Source of the DNA: Promethearchaeota archaeon
GTDB lineage: Archaea > Asgardarchaeota > Lokiarchaeia > Sigyniarchaeales > SOKP01
Assembly (NCBI GenBank): GCA_048938025.1
Contig: JBHLMP010000015.1
Span: 1-51,969 of the forward strand
Direction of reading: 5' to 3'
Length of the DNA: 51,969 bases
The position numbers and the translations under genes are program-made. Under the pieces are notes generated by a model. That model did not search any database. It saw only the letters and a list, made by a program, of their open reading frames with translations, and was not told the DNA's origin. Shown one piece after another: positions 40,150-50,230 of the stretch (its first letter is position 1; every line of letters starts with the position of its first letter).

Positions 40150-42201
40150 ATGTCTGAAATGCAGACAATAGTTAGAATCGGAGTATATATCTGTAAATGA
40201 GGAGTTAATATTGGTGCTAATATTGATTGTGATCTTATAAGGGATTATGTTGAATTTCTCCCGAATATAATTATTGCCAGAGTTAATGATTTTACTTGCA
40301 GCGATTCAGGGCAAAAAATTATTAAAAACGATATCATAGAACTGAATTTAAATAGAGTTGTTGTTGCTGCTTGTACACCAAAAATTCATGAATCCACCTA
40401 CCGAGCTGTTTTAGTTGAAGCGGGATTAAGTCCTTATTATTTTCAAATGGTTAATATTCGGGAACATTGTTCATTTATTCATTCTGGTAATAAAAAAGCT
40501 GCAACAAAAAAAGCTATTAGATTAATAAAGGCAGGTATAAATCGCTCACGGGAATTAGAAATTATCCCATATAATAAAATTTCATTGGAAAAGGCTGTAT
40601 TAATTATTGGTGCAGGAATTGCTGGGATGAATGCAGCATTAGATTTAGCAAATCAAGGATTTATTGTTTATTTAATAGAAAAAGAAGCTACTATCGGTGG
40701 AAAAATGGCACAATTAGATCGAATTTATCCAACAGATGATTGTGCTATATGAGTTCTTGCGCCTATTATGGTGAGTGCTTCAAAGCATCCAAATATAAAT
40801 TTAATGACTTATAGTGATATTGTCGGATTCAGTGGAAACCCCGGGAATTATGAAGTTAAAATAAGAAAAAATCCCCGTTATATTGATGAAAATAAATGTA
40901 CTGGTTGTGGATTATGCATGGCAAAATGTCCAATAAAAATTCCTAACGAATTCAATAGAGGCATTGGGGAACGAAGCGCAATTTACATACCTTTTCCTCA
41001 AGCAATGCCTAAGATTGCCCTAATTGATAAGAATACGTGTATAGAATGTAAAAATTGCCAAAGATCTTGTCTTGCGGAGGCTATTGATTTTGAACAAGTT
41101 CCAGAGTATGTAGATTTAAAAGTTGGAGCAATAATCGTGGCTACAGGATGGGATGAATACTCAATTATGAGAAGTAATGAATATAAATATGGTATTTATC
41201 CTGATATAATTACTCAATTAGAGTTAGAACGTATGTTAAGCCCGGTTGGTCCAACAAATGGACATCTTTACAAGATTTCTAATGGAAAAACCCCAAAAAC
41301 TGTAGTTATGATTCAATGTGTTGGCAGTAGATCCTTAAAAGGTAATCCATATTGTTCTGGAGTATGCTGTAATGTTGCCCTTAAAAATGCTCAACTATTA
41401 AAACAAGAATATCCTGACATGAATATTGCTATTTTTTATATAGATATTCGGACATGGGATAAAGGAAATGAAGAATATTATAGAAAAGCAAGAGAAGCAG
41501 GCATAATGATGATTAGGGGAAAAGTTGGAGATATTCGGGAAGATCTGGATACAAAAAAACTAAAAATCCATGCATCTTCTACCTTAACTGGTGAAATTAT
41601 TACAACAAATGCAGATTTGGTTGTACTATCAACCGGTATGGTCCCTTCCCAAAATATATCAAAAGTTAGCGATATTTTAGGCTTAAGTAAAGATGCAAAT
41701 GGCTTTTTAACTGAAATTCATGGATGTTTAAAACCTCAAGAGACAAATAGTATAGGTATTTATATTTGTGGATGTGCTGCAGGTCCTAAAAATATTCCTT
41801 ATTCAGTATCAACAGCATTAGCCGCAGCAAGCAAAGTATCAACATTACTTTCTAAAGATATAATGACTCAAGAATTAATAATTGCTGAAGTAGACAAAAA
41901 TCTTTGTATGGGTTGTCATAGATGTAGCAAATTGTGTAACTACAAAGCTATATTGGTTAATAAAGAAGGATTTGCTGAAGTAGATTCTCTAAAATGTAAA
42001 GGTTGTGGAGTTTGCGTAACATCCTGCCCTGCTCGAGCAGTTGATCTCAAATATTATAGAGATAAACAAATTATTGAAGAAATAAAAGGAATTTGTAGTA
42101 CTGAAATTGAATATAAGGTAGAAGACATTGAATTAATTGAGCATATAAAGGAAAAGATTGAATCAATAGCTCCTCTTAAAATTTTACCCGAAATAGAATG
42201 A
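40150..42201 (+). CDS. hdrA: Heterodisulfide reductase subunit A, selenoprotein with two in-frame UGA codons (U17, U201), 683 aa
   Basis: One continuous frame: IGVYICK-TGA(40198)-GVNIG..AACTP..NIREHC..GAGIAG..PTDDCAI-TGA(40750)-VLAP..QCVGSR..YCSGVCC; both TGAs occupy Cys positions. Confidence 0.9.
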
Positions 42202-42330
42202 TCCTTTCAAAAAAATTTTAGTTGAGAGGAAACTAACCCATAGCAAGGGTTTTCGGAGAAAATTATACTCTTTGAATTAGCTGGATAATTTCTTTCTTGC
42301 TTATTTTAAAAAAAAAATAAAAAATAATAT

Positions 42331-42660
42331 TTATGGATAAACTTTTTTTTGTTTAAGATATGATTTAAATTCACAAATGAGCCAACAAAGCTCAACATAA
42401 GTTAAAGTGGAGTCAAAAATTGCCTTAGCTCTTCTACAAACATCTCTTTCTGAATAACCTTTACGACCTTTTTCAAATAATAGTTGGAATTCAGCAAGTT
42501 GCCAACATAAATCTTCATAAGGAAGGCGTTCTTGTAAGAGATTGAAGGTTGCAAATTTAACTTGAGGCTTAATTGTATCATTTTTTTCCACTATAAGGTT
42601 AAAATCTTCTAGATCCATTTTTCTTTTAACCTCTTTAGAATATCTTATTATTTTAGACAT
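42331..42660 (-). CDS. Small hypothetical protein with an internal repeat
   Basis: YEDLCWQLAE and YVELCWLICE; GGAGGT SD upstream. Confidence 0.75.
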   Translation of the reverse strand: MSKIIRYSKEVKRKMDLEDFNLIVEKNDTIKPQVKFATFNLLQERLPYEDLCWQLAEFQLLFEKGRKGYSERDVCRRAKAIFDSTLTYVELCWLICEFKSYLKQKKVYP

Positions 42661-42838
42661 ATTTTTACCTCCTAATTTTTTAAAATTTAATATTTAATTA
42701 CTGTTTTCCATAATATGAATTATCAAACAAGATATTTAAATGTTCGGATTCCGGCATCCAAATGTTAGAGATTGATCATTAACAAATCTGTATCAATTAA
42801 TAGAAAAAAAAATATATATCTACATTTAAAAATTAACT

Positions 42839-43021
42839 TTAATAGTTAATAGGTCTTCCTTTCTTATGAATTGCTTTTCCTACTACAGCTTCACACCCTT
42901 CAGGAACCATTTCTGAAACTGTTGGATAGCTATGAATGGTTTCTGTGACTTCATGTATTGTTAACCCATGTTGCATTGCTAAAGCAATTTCAGCAATTAA
43001 TTCAGATGCTTCAGCAACAAG
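42839..43021 (-). pseudogene. C-terminal remnant of a dihydrolipoamide dehydrogenase-like flavoprotein
   Basis: LVAEASELIAEIALAMQHGLTIHEVTETIHSYPTVSEMVPEGCEAVVGKAIHKKGRPINY*; in-frame stop at 43040, no N-terminal domains. Confidence 0.75.
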
Positions 43022-43143
43022 ACAAGAATAACTATTTTCCTAGAACTTTTAACTAAATTATGCATAATTAAAGCTAATTAAGTAGAAAATTATTTATAGA
43101 ACTAGTTTTATTATTTATAAAATTCGATGCTTGTTACACGAAA

Positions 43144-45987
43144 ATGGATAATATTAGTCAATTATTAAAAAGTTTGCTGGAAAGTAATGAGAAACTAGTA
43201 TTTTTAGCAGGAGCGGGTTGTTCTAAATCAGCTCCATCTTTATTACCTGATGGTTATGAATTATTCTCTATCCTCATTAAATTTTTAAGCGACGATTTGG
43301 AAATTGAAGATATAAGAAAATTCGCTAATCTAAATGTTGAAACCTTACTCAATTTAGTTTATACTTATATCGATCCAAATTTAAAAATATTTGATTTTTT
43401 TGAATCATGCTTTAAACCAAATTATTTGCATTATTTTCTTGTATTTATGATAAAAAGAGGTCATTATGTTATAACTACAAACTTTGATAATTTAATTGAA
43501 TTAGCTTTAATCCAATCTGATGTTTCCAAAAAGCATATAATTCCAATTATTACAGAAGATGATTATGAAAAATATGAAGATTTTACTAATTTTATCAAAA
43601 AACAAAAGCTATTTTTATTTAAAATACATGGTTCATCTAGAAATGTTATAAATAATGCAGATACGAGAGAATCTTTAATCAAGACAATTGAAAAAATAAG
43701 TTCAAATACTAAAAAACTGAATTTATATCAATTAGAGCCTTATAAACGATTATTATTAGAAAAAGTATTTAATAAAAGCTCATTAATAGTAATTGGTTAT
43801 TCAGGGAAGAGCGATTTTGATATTGTTCCTACATTGAAGACTCTTACTACATTAGAAAATCTTTTTTGGATAAATCATATAGAAAATAGTGATGAAAATC
43901 AAATATATGAAATAGATAATGAGAAAAATAATGAATTTGAAATAAATAACGATTATTTAGATGATATTCTTTTAGAAATTAAAAATAATAATCAAAAAAC
44001 AAAAATTTATAGGATTAATGCTAATACACCTAAGTTTTTTGAATACTTAACTAACTTTAAGAAAGAAATAGATTTACACATTTACCCTGCAGATTTAAAA
44101 ATTTGGATGAAGTTCCATCTAAAATCACCAGATTATTTTATGAAAAAGTTAATTCTACTTAAAATATATATTAATTCTGAATTGTATGATGAAGCTTTAA
44201 AGTGTGGAGAGGAAATTTTACAATTAATTGAAAAAAGGGGAGAGAATTCTTTTGAATTAGATGTAATTACTGATATTGGATTAATATATGAAAAAAAAGA
44301 AAACTATGAGAAATCACTAAATTATTATCTCTTAGGAATTCAAATTTCAGAAAATATGAATAATCTCACAAAAAAAGCATTTATTCTTTCTAGAATTGGT
44401 TCAATAAAAGAGAAAGAAAAAAAATATGATGAAGCATTTGAGATCTATAAACAGGAACTTAAATTGTATAAAGAATCAGAGGAGATTAACAAAAAAATAA
44501 AATGCCTTTATAGAATAGGATTAATTTATAAACAACAAGCATTTTATAAAGAAGCATTAGAAATATTTGAAGAAGCTCAAAATATTGAAAAAAAGCGTGG
44601 AGATTTTAAAAATCAAATCAAAATTATTAATCAAATTGGAAAAGTTTATCATATTCAGAAAAATTATTCATTAGCCCTTAAAAATTTTGAAGAAATTGTT
44701 CATATTGCTGAAAAATATGATGATTTGTTATTAAAAGCAAAAGCTCTTAATAAAATCGGTTCTATTTATATAAAACAAAAATTATTTGATCAGGCATTAG
44801 AAAAAATCGAACAAGCATTTCTTATAGCAAATCAACAAGAATATAAATCCTTAATAATTTCTATATTGAACAATTTTGGTAAAGTGTATTTAAAACAAGC
44901 TGATTTTTTAAATGCGTTGTTAAAATTTGAAGAAGCATTAAACTTATCAAATGAAATAGATGATTTAAAAGCAAAAATGTTATCTTTTAATAATATTGGT
45001 GATTTTTATAAGAAAAAGAATAAAAATAAGGAAGCTCTCAAATATTATCTTGAAGCCTTTAATCTTGCAGAGACTTTAGGGAAACTAAAATATAAGTGTA
45101 TTTATTATTATAAAATTGGAACTATTTATAAAAACCAAAAGCAATTTGATGACTCATTAAATTTTCTTGAGAAGGGTTTAATAATCTCTAAGAAATTTAA
45201 AGATCTGTCAGGACAACTACTATTTCTTAATAATATAATAGAAATATATGAAGAGCAAAAAGATTACGTTAATGCTTTAAATAGATATGAGGAAGCAGTT
45301 GAAATTGCGGAAATTTTAGATGATTTAGAAAATAAAGCTTCTTATCTTAATAATATTGCCATCATTTATTATAAACAAAATAATTATTCTGAGGCTCTTA
45401 AATTATTTGAATTATCTTATGGTATATTAAATCAAATAAATAATTTAGAAAGTAGAACTATTAGCCTTAATAATTTAGGAACATGTAATTATAAGTTGGA
45501 AAATTATTCCCAAGCATTAAGATTTTTGGAGATTGCTTGCCAAATAAATGATCAAATAGGGAATTTAGAAGAGGAAGTATGGTATCTTAACAAGTTAGGA
45601 AATATAAATTATAATTTAAAAAGATATCGTGAGGCTTTAGAAAACTTTAAAGAGGCTCACCAAGTTGTTGAATTATTGAATAATTTAGAATTAAAAGCAA
45701 TTCAACTGAACAATATTGGTAAATCTTATTATTTTCTTAGAGATTATAATAGTGCTATATTAAGTTTTAAAAATGCATTTGACTTAGTAGATCAAAAGGA
45801 TCTACTTGAATTTAAAGCAGATTTACTCAATAATATAGCAGGCGTTTATTATATGCAGAATAAATATTTGAGTTCATTAGAATATGCTAAACGATCATTA
45901 GACATCTTAAATGAGATTGGATTACATTCATCAGAGAAAGCAAAAATATTGATGAAAAAAGTTGATTTTTTAGAAAATTATAATTAA
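43144..45987 (+). CDS. SIR2-like domain plus long TPR array
   Basis: FLAGAGCS, TTNFDNLIE, KIHGS, VIGYSG.SDFD; many roughly 40-aa TPR repeats (LNNIG..Y..Y..AL). Confidence 0.88.
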   Translation: MDNISQLLKSLLESNEKLVFLAGAGCSKSAPSLLPDGYELFSILIKFLSDDLEIEDIRKFANLNVETLLNLVYTYIDPNLKIFDFFESCFKPNYLHYFLVFMIKRGHYVITTNFDNLIELALIQSDVSKKHIIPIITEDDYEKYEDFTNFIKKQKLFLFKIHGSSRNVINNADTRESLIKTIEKISSNTKKLNLYQLEPYKRLLLEKVFNKSSLIVIGYSGKSDFDIVPTLKTLTTLENLFWINHIENSDENQIYEIDNEKNNEFEINNDYLDDILLEIKNNNQKTKIYRINANTPKFFEYLTNFKKEIDLHIYPADLKIWMKFHLKSPDYFMKKLILLKIYINSELYDEALKCGEEILQLIEKRGENSFELDVITDIGLIYEKKENYEKSLNYYLLGIQISENMNNLTKKAFILSRIGSIKEKEKKYDEAFEIYKQELKLYKESEEINKKIKCLYRIGLIYKQQAFYKEALEIFEEAQNIEKKRGDFKNQIKIINQIGKVYHIQKNYSLALKNFEEIVHIAEKYDDLLLKAKALNKIGSIYIKQKLFDQALEKIEQAFLIANQQEYKSLIISILNNFGKVYLKQADFLNALLKFEEALNLSNEIDDLKAKMLSFNNIGDFYKKKNKNKEALKYYLEAFNLAETLGKLKYKCIYYYKIGTIYKNQKQFDDSLNFLEKGLIISKKFKDLSGQLLFLNNIIEIYEEQKDYVNALNRYEEAVEIAEILDDLENKASYLNNIAIIYYKQNNYSEALKLFELSYGILNQINNLESRTISLNNLGTCNYKLENYSQALRFLEIACQINDQIGNLEEEVWYLNKLGNINYNLKRYREALENFKEAHQVVELLNNLELKAIQLNNIGKSYYFLRDYNSAILSFKNAFDLVDQKDLLEFKADLLNNIAGVYYMQNKYLSSLEYAKRSLDILNEIGLHSSEKAKILMKKVDFLENYN

Positions 45988-46011
45988 GTTAAACTTAGTT
46001 TAACCTTTTTT
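45988..46011 (+). terminator. Hairpin plus T-run after the SIR2-TPR gene
   Basis: GTTAAAC-TTA-GTTTAAC followed by CTTTTTT. Confidence 0.4.
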
Positions 46012-46121
46012 AGTATTAAATAATTGCTCTATCTTGTAGTTATTAAAAAATTTTAAATTTATCAAAAAGAATAATTAAATTATTAAATTATAAAAAAATC
46101 ATAAAAAAAGGTAAAATCTTA

Positions 46122-46457
46122 ATGGAACCAATTATCTTTGTTTTTAGTTTTATATGTTCTGTTTGCGGTGCTGCGTTCTTTTTAATAAGTTTATTCATCA
46201 TTTCAAAAATAAAAGGACTATTCCCTGGAACTAAAATTAATAAAAAATGGATAATAATACAAATGTTAATTATTTTATTTCTGTTTGGTTATGTGTTTAA
46301 TATCATATTCTTAGCTCTAGATATGCCGGAAATTATTGCGATTATGACTGCGATTGTATATATATTTGGTGCTCTCTTTGTATTAATTGTTATTAACCTT
46401 AGTTTTAAAACTTATAAATTGATTTTGTTAGAACCTGTATCTAAAAAAGAAAAATAA
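46122..46457 (+). CDS. Small membrane protein (3 TM)
   Basis: Three hydrophobic segments and a basic tail. Confidence 0.75.
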   Translation: MEPIIFVFSFICSVCGAAFFLISLFIISKIKGLFPGTKINKKWIIIQMLIILFLFGYVFNIIFLALDMPEIIAIMTAIVYIFGALFVLIVINLSFKTYKLILLEPVSKKEK

Positions 46458-46472
46458 TCATAAATAAGAGAT

Positions 46473-46871
46473 ATGCCGTCTTTACTTGATGAAATCTGGA
46501 TTTTTTCAAAAGATGGAATACCTATCGTAGATTTTGCTAGAATTGGAAGTGTAGATAAGTCAATGTTAGGTAGTTTTATTTCTGCTATTAAAACTTTTGT
46601 AAGAGAAATATCAAAAGGTCAATTAAAATCTATAAATGTAGGAAATGATAAGTATACATTTACATCATGCGTTCAAAATGAGGTTATTTTAGCTTGTAAA
46701 TCACCTATTGAAGTCAAAGACAAAAAAATTCAAAAAATTTGCAGGTTAATAGTAAATATTTTTGATGATATGTTTAGTCTTGATGATATTAATAATTGGG
46801 ATGGTGATACTTCATATTTTGATAAATTCAAGGATAAAATTGATCTTTATTTTAAAATGGCAGATCTATAA
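46473..46871 (+). CDS. Longin/roadblock-like small protein
   Basis: IWIFSKDGIPI..LGSFISAIKTF..WDGD pattern; similar to 51154. Confidence 0.65.
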   Translation: MPSLLDEIWIFSKDGIPIVDFARIGSVDKSMLGSFISAIKTFVREISKGQLKSINVGNDKYTFTSCVQNEVILACKSPIEVKDKKIQKICRLIVNIFDDMFSLDDINNWDGDTSYFDKFKDKIDLYFKMADL

Positions 46872-47029
46872 ATTTTTACTCTTTTTTTTTAAATTTATGA
46901 AGATTGAATCAAAAATTGCTTACTTATTCGACTTATAGTCATTAATTAATAATAAAATAAATAAGAAAAGGAATTATTATAATAGCAACTCTCTATTGTT
47001 AAATGTAATTTAAAACCTTTTTATGTTCA

Positions 47030-49222
47030 ATGGGGAAATTAATGTCTTTAGAAGTATTAACTGATGATCAAATTGAGAAAATAATTAAGGTCTTTAAAGA
47101 TATCTCAAGATATAAATCTAAAGAGAGAGAAAATTATGATGATTTGGTAAAACAAAAAAGTATTTACGTTGATATTATTCCACATGAACGTTGTGTAAAG
47201 AATCTTTTTCAGGTAAGATTAGGAAGAAAAATAAACTACCTAATTGGGAGGAGAGGCGTAGGGAAAACTACTATTCTTAATAGAGCGAGAATTGAATGTA
47301 TAGAATCTCTTTTTATAAAGAAAGAGTTAGATTATTTAAAGGAAGAAAAAATGGTTCTGCCTATATACATAGAGATGAAAACCTTTTTTTTAAATATAAT
47401 TGATAAAATAGAGACCTCAAAAAATGAAATAGAAGAATTAAACCATTTATTTAAAACAATGAATATAGAATTTCTTAGACAAGTAGAACTTGCTTATGAA
47501 GAACTCAGAGAATTAGGGATTATTGACTTTAATATTTTTAAAAAAGTAGAAAACATAATAAACAATGGTATAAAAAAGATTGAAGATAAAAAATCATCAA
47601 TTTCCAAGGATATTGATGAGAAAATAAAAAATTTCTATATAAAATTAAAGAATTGTGTAAAACAAATATCATACTATGATCAAAATGATATATTGTTAAA
47701 TCAATTGGAAAAAAATGACGAATACTCTATAGATTTCACATTTCACATAGATATTATAAAAGAAATACTTAATAAACTTAAAGAATTAAAAGAATACCCT
47801 TTAAATTTTATACATTTTCTTTTTGATGATTTTTCAGAAATTTCAATTCTTAATCAGCTGATCATAATTGAGAGTTTTGTAAAACCCATATTTAGCGGTG
47901 TGCAAGATATCTGTTTTTGTATCGCATGTTACCCAAACCTCTATTATACAGGTTCATTAAAAATCAATCAAGATTATCAAATTATTGATTTAGAGTGGAA
48001 TAAGTTATTTTCAGAAGATTTATTTAATGAAAAAATAGGAAAATGTATTGATATATTAACTCAGATTTTACTTAAAAGACTTCAAAAAGCATTACCTCAG
48101 ATTTTCAAAGATAAGAAGAGTTTCGACATAATTTTCGATGAATTCCCACTTTTTTTAAAACATTTATTTTTTGCTAGCATGAATAATCCAAAAATACTAG
48201 GTTTGCTATTAAGCAATCCTATATGTACTCAATCTTTGCAGATAAAAAGAAAATTAAATATAGATGATATAAAAAAAGCATCAATCTTTATTTTTGAAGA
48301 ATATTTATATAAAGATTATTTCAGATCTCTCTTTAAGAAAGAAAAATCAAACTTGTTTTTTTCCGAACAAGAGATTATAATGGACAAGATATTATTAGAC
48401 AACTTAATAGAAATTTTGAAGGAAAAATTTAAAGATAACTCTAATAGTTGTTTTTGTATCAATACTTCTCTTATTCAAGAACATTTTAATTTGTTAAAAA
48501 GATTGGAAATGCTGGGATTTCTATTTAAAATTGACACTCAGCCTTTAAATAACCAGAAAAAAATTTTTAATTGGGAAGAAGATAATGCGAATTCCCTTGG
48601 ATTATACTGCTTAAATTATGGAATTTATGCAAAAAACGACCTACCCTTTAATATTAATGAAAATCTTGATTCTTGGGTTGAAACACATTATAATCTTAAT
48701 ATTACATCTGACATTATCGACCTTTTGCAGGAATATGAACATTATCAATGCCAAAATATTAATTGTGGAAAAATTTGGTCATTATCAAGTCTAAAACGTT
48801 TAAGGACTCTAAAATTTACATGTGATCAATGCAAAATTGGTGAAATAAGAAAAGTAGGCACCACTATACTTAATTTATTATTTAATAAAACCGAAATCCC
48901 TCAAAGATTTAGAAGAGATAAAGATGATCTGGATCAAATAGCAGCTCAATTAAATGATGAACAAAATAAAATAGTTCATACATTATATCTAAATAAAGAT
49001 GAAGAGAAAGGATGGATGACTACTGACGAGATCGGAATCACTAAAAGAATCTTTCCATTCAGTTTACCCCATATAAGAATAATTAGAATAATCAGAACTA
49101 TAATAAATTTAGGTAAGCCAAAATTTCTTATTAGTGAAACAGAGAAAGGTAAGAAATTATATCGAATTAGTAATTTGGGGATAGAGTTTGAAGAATACTG
49201 TTTATGGAAATTATCTTCTTAA
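47030..49222 (+). CDS. P-loop ATPase with C-terminal Zn ribbon and probable wHTH
   Basis: GRRGVGKT; FLFDDFSE; CQNINC..CDQC; terminal LYRISNLG wing-like element. Confidence 0.75.
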   Translation: MGKLMSLEVLTDDQIEKIIKVFKDISRYKSKERENYDDLVKQKSIYVDIIPHERCVKNLFQVRLGRKINYLIGRRGVGKTTILNRARIECIESLFIKKELDYLKEEKMVLPIYIEMKTFFLNIIDKIETSKNEIEELNHLFKTMNIEFLRQVELAYEELRELGIIDFNIFKKVENIINNGIKKIEDKKSSISKDIDEKIKNFYIKLKNCVKQISYYDQNDILLNQLEKNDEYSIDFTFHIDIIKEILNKLKELKEYPLNFIHFLFDDFSEISILNQLIIIESFVKPIFSGVQDICFCIACYPNLYYTGSLKINQDYQIIDLEWNKLFSEDLFNEKIGKCIDILTQILLKRLQKALPQIFKDKKSFDIIFDEFPLFLKHLFFASMNNPKILGLLLSNPICTQSLQIKRKLNIDDIKKASIFIFEEYLYKDYFRSLFKKEKSNLFFSEQEIIMDKILLDNLIEILKEKFKDNSNSCFCINTSLIQEHFNLLKRLEMLGFLFKIDTQPLNNQKKIFNWEEDNANSLGLYCLNYGIYAKNDLPFNINENLDSWVETHYNLNITSDIIDLLQEYEHYQCQNINCGKIWSLSSLKRLRTLKFTCDQCKIGEIRKVGTTILNLLFNKTEIPQRFRRDKDDLDQIAAQLNDEQNKIVHTLYLNKDEEKGWMTTDEIGITKRIFPFSLPHIRIIRIIRTIINLGKPKFLISETEKGKKLYRISNLGIEFEEYCLWKLSS

Positions 49223-49378
49223 AGATTTAATTTCAAATTAAAAAATTATCCTATTTTAATTTTTTAATGCAATATTGATTAATAATCTTAATGAGGAGTT
49301 CTATCCGAAATAAGAAGATTTTAATAATAGCACTTTTCTATATTATTAGAAAGCTAATTTAAATTTTAAAGAATCATC

Positions 49379-50230
49379 ATGTCTCAAATAATTGATTTAA
49401 TACCAGCCTTAAGAGAAATCTTTGAATTTATTAAAAAAATAAACGAAAAAGTTAAAGATACTAATCTTAAATTGGATGCAGAACCAGACGAAATATTCAA
49501 TGCCATAGAAAGTTACAATAGAGAAAAAAATAATAATATTGAGCAAATAAAATCAAATAAAAATGAAATTGATAACTTAAATAGTAAATTATTTCAAATT
49601 ACTCAAGAGATCCCAAAATCAGAATCACGATTGAGTGAACTATCTGATCAATACCAAGAGATTCATAATAGATTTGAGAGTAAGAGAAAAGAGCTAGAAG
49701 ATATCAAAACAAATTTAAAAGATTCTAAAAAGGAATATGATAATCAGAGTGATTATTTAAATGAATTAGAATCTGAAATCAATGAATCTTGGAAAAAAGT
49801 AGAAGAAAAAATCCAAGAATTATCAAAACTCGAAGAAAAACAAAACCAAGATTTAGCTAAAATAAAAACTGAAAATAAGCAAGAAATAATCAAATTAAAG
49901 GATGGATTTGAAGAAGAATTAATGAAATATGAAACAGAATATAAACAACAGTATAATGAACTCTTAGAAAAAAGCACTCCAATTAGAATTAAAATTAATG
50001 CTATGAAATTATTAATAAAAAATGGTTTTATTGATAATGAGTTGTATGAAATCATCAATGCATTAAAAATAAATAAGCCTTTAGAGTTGAAATTAATTTC
50101 TCAAATGATAAAAATAGAGCCAGAAAAAATAAAAAATGTTCTTAAGAAAATGATAGAATTAAATGGTCCAATTGATTTTGATGAGAAATCGGAAATAATC
50201 ACTTTAAGAAAAGAGGTTGATTTTAAATGA
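49379..50230 (+). CDS. Coiled-coil protein with C-terminal winged-helix-like domain
   Basis: Long heptad E/K-rich region; IINAL..LKLISQMIKIEPEKIKNVLKKM..IDFD..ITL. Confidence 0.7.
   Translation: MSQIIDLIPALREIFEFIKKINEKVKDTNLKLDAEPDEIFNAIESYNREKNNNIEQIKSNKNEIDNLNSKLFQITQEIPKSESRLSELSDQYQEIHNRFESKRKELEDIKTNLKDSKKEYDNQSDYLNELESEINESWKKVEEKIQELSKLEEKQNQDLAKIKTENKQEIIKLKDGFEEELMKYETEYKQQYNELLEKSTPIRIKINAMKLLIKNGFIDNELYEIINALKINKPLELKLISQMIKIEPEKIKNVLKKMIELNGPIDFDEKSEIITLRKEVDFK

Noticed and set aside
40447-42201. Two separate ORFs or an hdrA pseudogene
   Set aside because: Same frame, and both interruptions are TGA exactly at Cys positions; recoding is more parsimonious
42199-42225. Terminal TGA of hdrA as a third Sec
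   Set aside because: Not at a Cys position, and readthrough meets another stop within 8 codons
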